Below are positions 62,268 to 64,000 of a stretch of DNA of 64,000 nt, in pieces (the stretch's first letter is position 1; each line of letters starts with the position of its first letter). The position numbers and the translations under genes are program-made. Under the pieces are notes generated by a model. That model worked only from the letters and a program-made list of their open reading frames with translations. It was not told the DNA's origin and searched no databases. Location: NCBI GenBank assembly GCA_903859365.1, contig CAIOMD010000013.1, forward strand, positions 1,081 to 65,080, in the 5' to 3' direction. The DNA is from an uncultured Candidatus Saccharibacteria bacterium (GTDB lineage Bacteria > Patescibacteriota > Saccharimonadia > Saccharimonadales > CAIOMD01).

Positions 62268-64000
62268 CTACTGCGCTATAAAATAGTCTAACTGGTATGT
62301 GGTGTTAGGGGTTGGGCTATCTACGGTTTGAATGGTGAACGACGTAGAATTACTAGCCTTAAAATACTTGAGACTTGTCGTTGCACTATTGTCGGCATTT
62401 AGTATCACTCTAGGCGCCTTCCCATAAGGAGTATTGAAGGTAATGTTAGCAAGCGTTCCTGATGATGTATTTGCTCCTGTAGTTATGGTGATAGTACCGG
62501 CAGTATCATTACCATCTACAGTTACAGTAGGTGCTGCAATATTGTTAGTGGGATCAGCAGTGCCTGCTGCAGTGTCGACGGTTGCAGTTGGAGTATTCCC
62601 TGCTGTAATGATGTGGCCATTGATAGTGATGTTCTGTACGGAGATATTTTGAACTGTGAGAGTACCACTAAAGGTAGCGTCACCAGTGACAGTTAGCGTT
62701 GATGATATAGCTACGGGGCCTGAGGCGTTGAGGTTGCCTACTACCCTCATGGAACCAGTGATTGATAGGTCTCCATTTACTGTTCCACCGTTGATGATAT
62801 CAGCTGAGGCTTGAAGCGTGGCTACGTCTGTCTTCGTTTGATTGATTTGTTGTTGCTGTGCTTGCATACCAGCGACTATATATGGAGTAAGGCCAGCATA
62901 CGATAGCGAGAGCGTACCCGTATCGCTGTCAGTAGCGACGAGATCTGGTAGTATCTTTTGTACTTCTTGGGCGATGAAACCGGTATGGGTTGGGTCCAGA
63001 GAGCTATCTTCACTGTTCCAGTGATAGCTTACGGCGGTAAGACCAAGTATGTCATTAAGTGCAGTCGTTGTATTGTAGCCAGTAATATCTTTCTTGAGAG
63101 TTTCGTCGGAAGAACAAGAGAGTGATGTGGTTGTTGGGTTGATAGTACAGTAACCGGTGCTATTTCTGAAGGTTGCAACGGCGCCAGAGATGTTGGTATT
63201 GCCGACATCTAAAACATATGCAGGAGAAGTATTGTCTATGCCAACACGTTGGGTACCGCCGTTTTGGCCGATGTAGGTCGAGCCATTTCCATTAGTAGCT
63301 ATGTTTATAGTTCCGTAATTGTAACCATTGCCAACGGTCAGATTAATAGAGCCGCCAGTAAAACCGTTGCCAGCAGTAATGTTTACTGCGCCACCCGTTC
63401 CCAGCCCCGTACCAGTAACGCCACCATAAAGATTGAGCGCGGCTCCGTTGGCACCACAGGTTCCTGTACATGAACCTGTTACACTTCCCGGCTGAACAGT
63501 AAGAGCTGTGGTCGTATTCGTCGATGAAGAGTTTACGACACTCGGAGTACTAATATCTGCTGAGGTGGCTCCCCCAGTTAATACAAGCCCGTAAGTGCTC
63601 GACCCTAAACCGGTTGAAGTTAATGTAGCTGAGTAAAAACCACTCGATAGACTTACGGAAGGAGTATTACTTCCCCCCATCACAGAAATACTTCCACCAG
63701 ACCCCCCCCAGCCCCCACTATATGGAGAAGTTGTTAGTCCTATCGTATTTCCTCCATAAATATTTGTAGCACCCAAGCTATTAGTTCCACTCGCGAGATA
63801 TCCGATATTTATATTCGTAGTTCCATTGGGACTATTCCCTATATTAATAGTCTGAGTATTTGAGTTAGTTGCAATACTATTACCAATATTGATTGTATTA
63901 GTTGTTGTTTTTCCAATCTGAACCGTTGTCGCATTACTCGCCCCTATATTCAACGTTCCCCCAGCTGTACCATAATCTAAACCGGTTGCAGAGTTAAGTA
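62268..64000 (-). CDS. Large Gly/Thr/Asn/Ser-rich surface fibre protein with an internal peptidase-S74 (tail-fibre intramolecular chaperone)-like domain; 5' end lies outside the window
   Basis: The frame stays open to position 64000 upstream of the TTG the track reports as the start. Contains repetitive (T/I)NIGN units, VGIDNTSPAYVLDV, SSDETLKKDI..HTGFIAQEVQKILPDLV, and then a beta-strand-repeat C-terminal region. Confidence 0.75.
   Translation of the reverse strand, partial: LNSATGLDYGTAGGTLNIGASNATTVQIGKTTTNTINIGNSIATNSNTQTINIGNSPNGTTNINIGYLASGTNSLGATNIYGGNTIGLTTSPYSGGWGGSGGSISVMGGSNTPSVSLSSGFYSATLTSTGLGSSTYGLVLTGGATSADISTPSVVNSSSTNTTTALTVQPGSVTGSCTGTCGANGAALNLYGGVTGTGLGTGGAVNITAGNGFTGGSINLTVGNGYNYGTINIATNGNGSTYIGQNGGTQRVGIDNTSPAYVLDVGNTNISGAVATFRNSTGYCTINPTTTSLSCSSDETLKKDITGYNTTTALNDILGLTAVSYHWNSEDSSLDPTHTGFIAQEVQKILPDLVATDSDTGTLSLSYAGLTPYIVAGMQAQQQQINQTKTDVATLQASADIINGGTVNGDLSITGSMRVVGNLNASGPVAISSTLTVTGDATFSGTLTVQNISVQNITINGHIITAGNTPTATVDTAAGTADPTNNIAAPTVTVDGNDTAGTITITTGANTSSGTLANITFNTPYGKAPRVILNADNSATTSLKYFKASNSTSFTIQTVDSPTPNTTYQLDYFIAQ

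Noticed and set aside
1-64000. UGA-recoded genetic code (as in some candidate-phylum bacteria).
   Set aside because: TGA terminates genes at their expected ends (3050-3052, 17186-17188), RF2 is intact, and no conserved protein needs read-through of TGA.
1-64000. CRISPR arrays, transposases, integrases, prophage blocks or classic defence-system genes.
   Set aside because: I saw no regularly spaced direct repeats and no recombinase, transposase or phage structural motifs in any listed ORF. The only phage-like element is the S74-like domain in the surface protein.

Overview
This is an AT-rich, gene-dense bacterial chromosome segment. It uses the standard genetic code: TGA acts as a stop and both RF1 and RF2 are present. 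It is almost entirely housekeeping. From start to end it holds a tRNA-Glu; a PAS histidine kinase with an odd response regulator; rsuA-like/der/pth/ABC-F/topA; and a sigma-r4/HARE-HTH protein with a TraD/VirD4-like ATPase. Next comes a compact dcw cluster (mraZ-rsmH-ftsL-ftsI-mraY-ftsW-murG-ftsQ) and a long minus-strand run (yvcK-like, GH1, RNA m5U methyltransferase, glyQS, recO, xseAB). After that: rpmA; ftsE-ftsX with two CHAP hydrolases and a Ctp protease; prfB, secA, hpf, serS, rsmE, lysS, greA, proS; rseP-uppS-frr-tsf-rpsB; rpmE-prfA-prmC; lepB; parAB; and a tail-fibre-like surface protein that runs off the window end. The trimmed operons, short enzyme versions and HARE-HTH/TraD-like genes suggest a reduced-genome Patescibacteria/CPR organism, possibly Saccharibacteria-like. 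That lineage call is inference only. I saw no rRNA, CRISPR array, transposase or integrase. The observations most worth follow-up are: (1) an orphan promoter-to-terminator unit for a ~300-nt structured RNA at 6.8-7.1 kb; (2) a 565-bp ORF-free spacer at a convergent strand switch, bracketed by 18-bp direct repeats; (3) a 306-bp structured spacer splitting mraZ from rsmH, plus a phased MraZ operator; (4) a degenerate two-component pair; (5) the HARE-HTH plus soluble coupling-protein-like ATPase pair; and (6) an FtsEX/PcsB-like module with a recently homogenised CHAP duplication. All family calls come from motifs read by eye, not from database searches.
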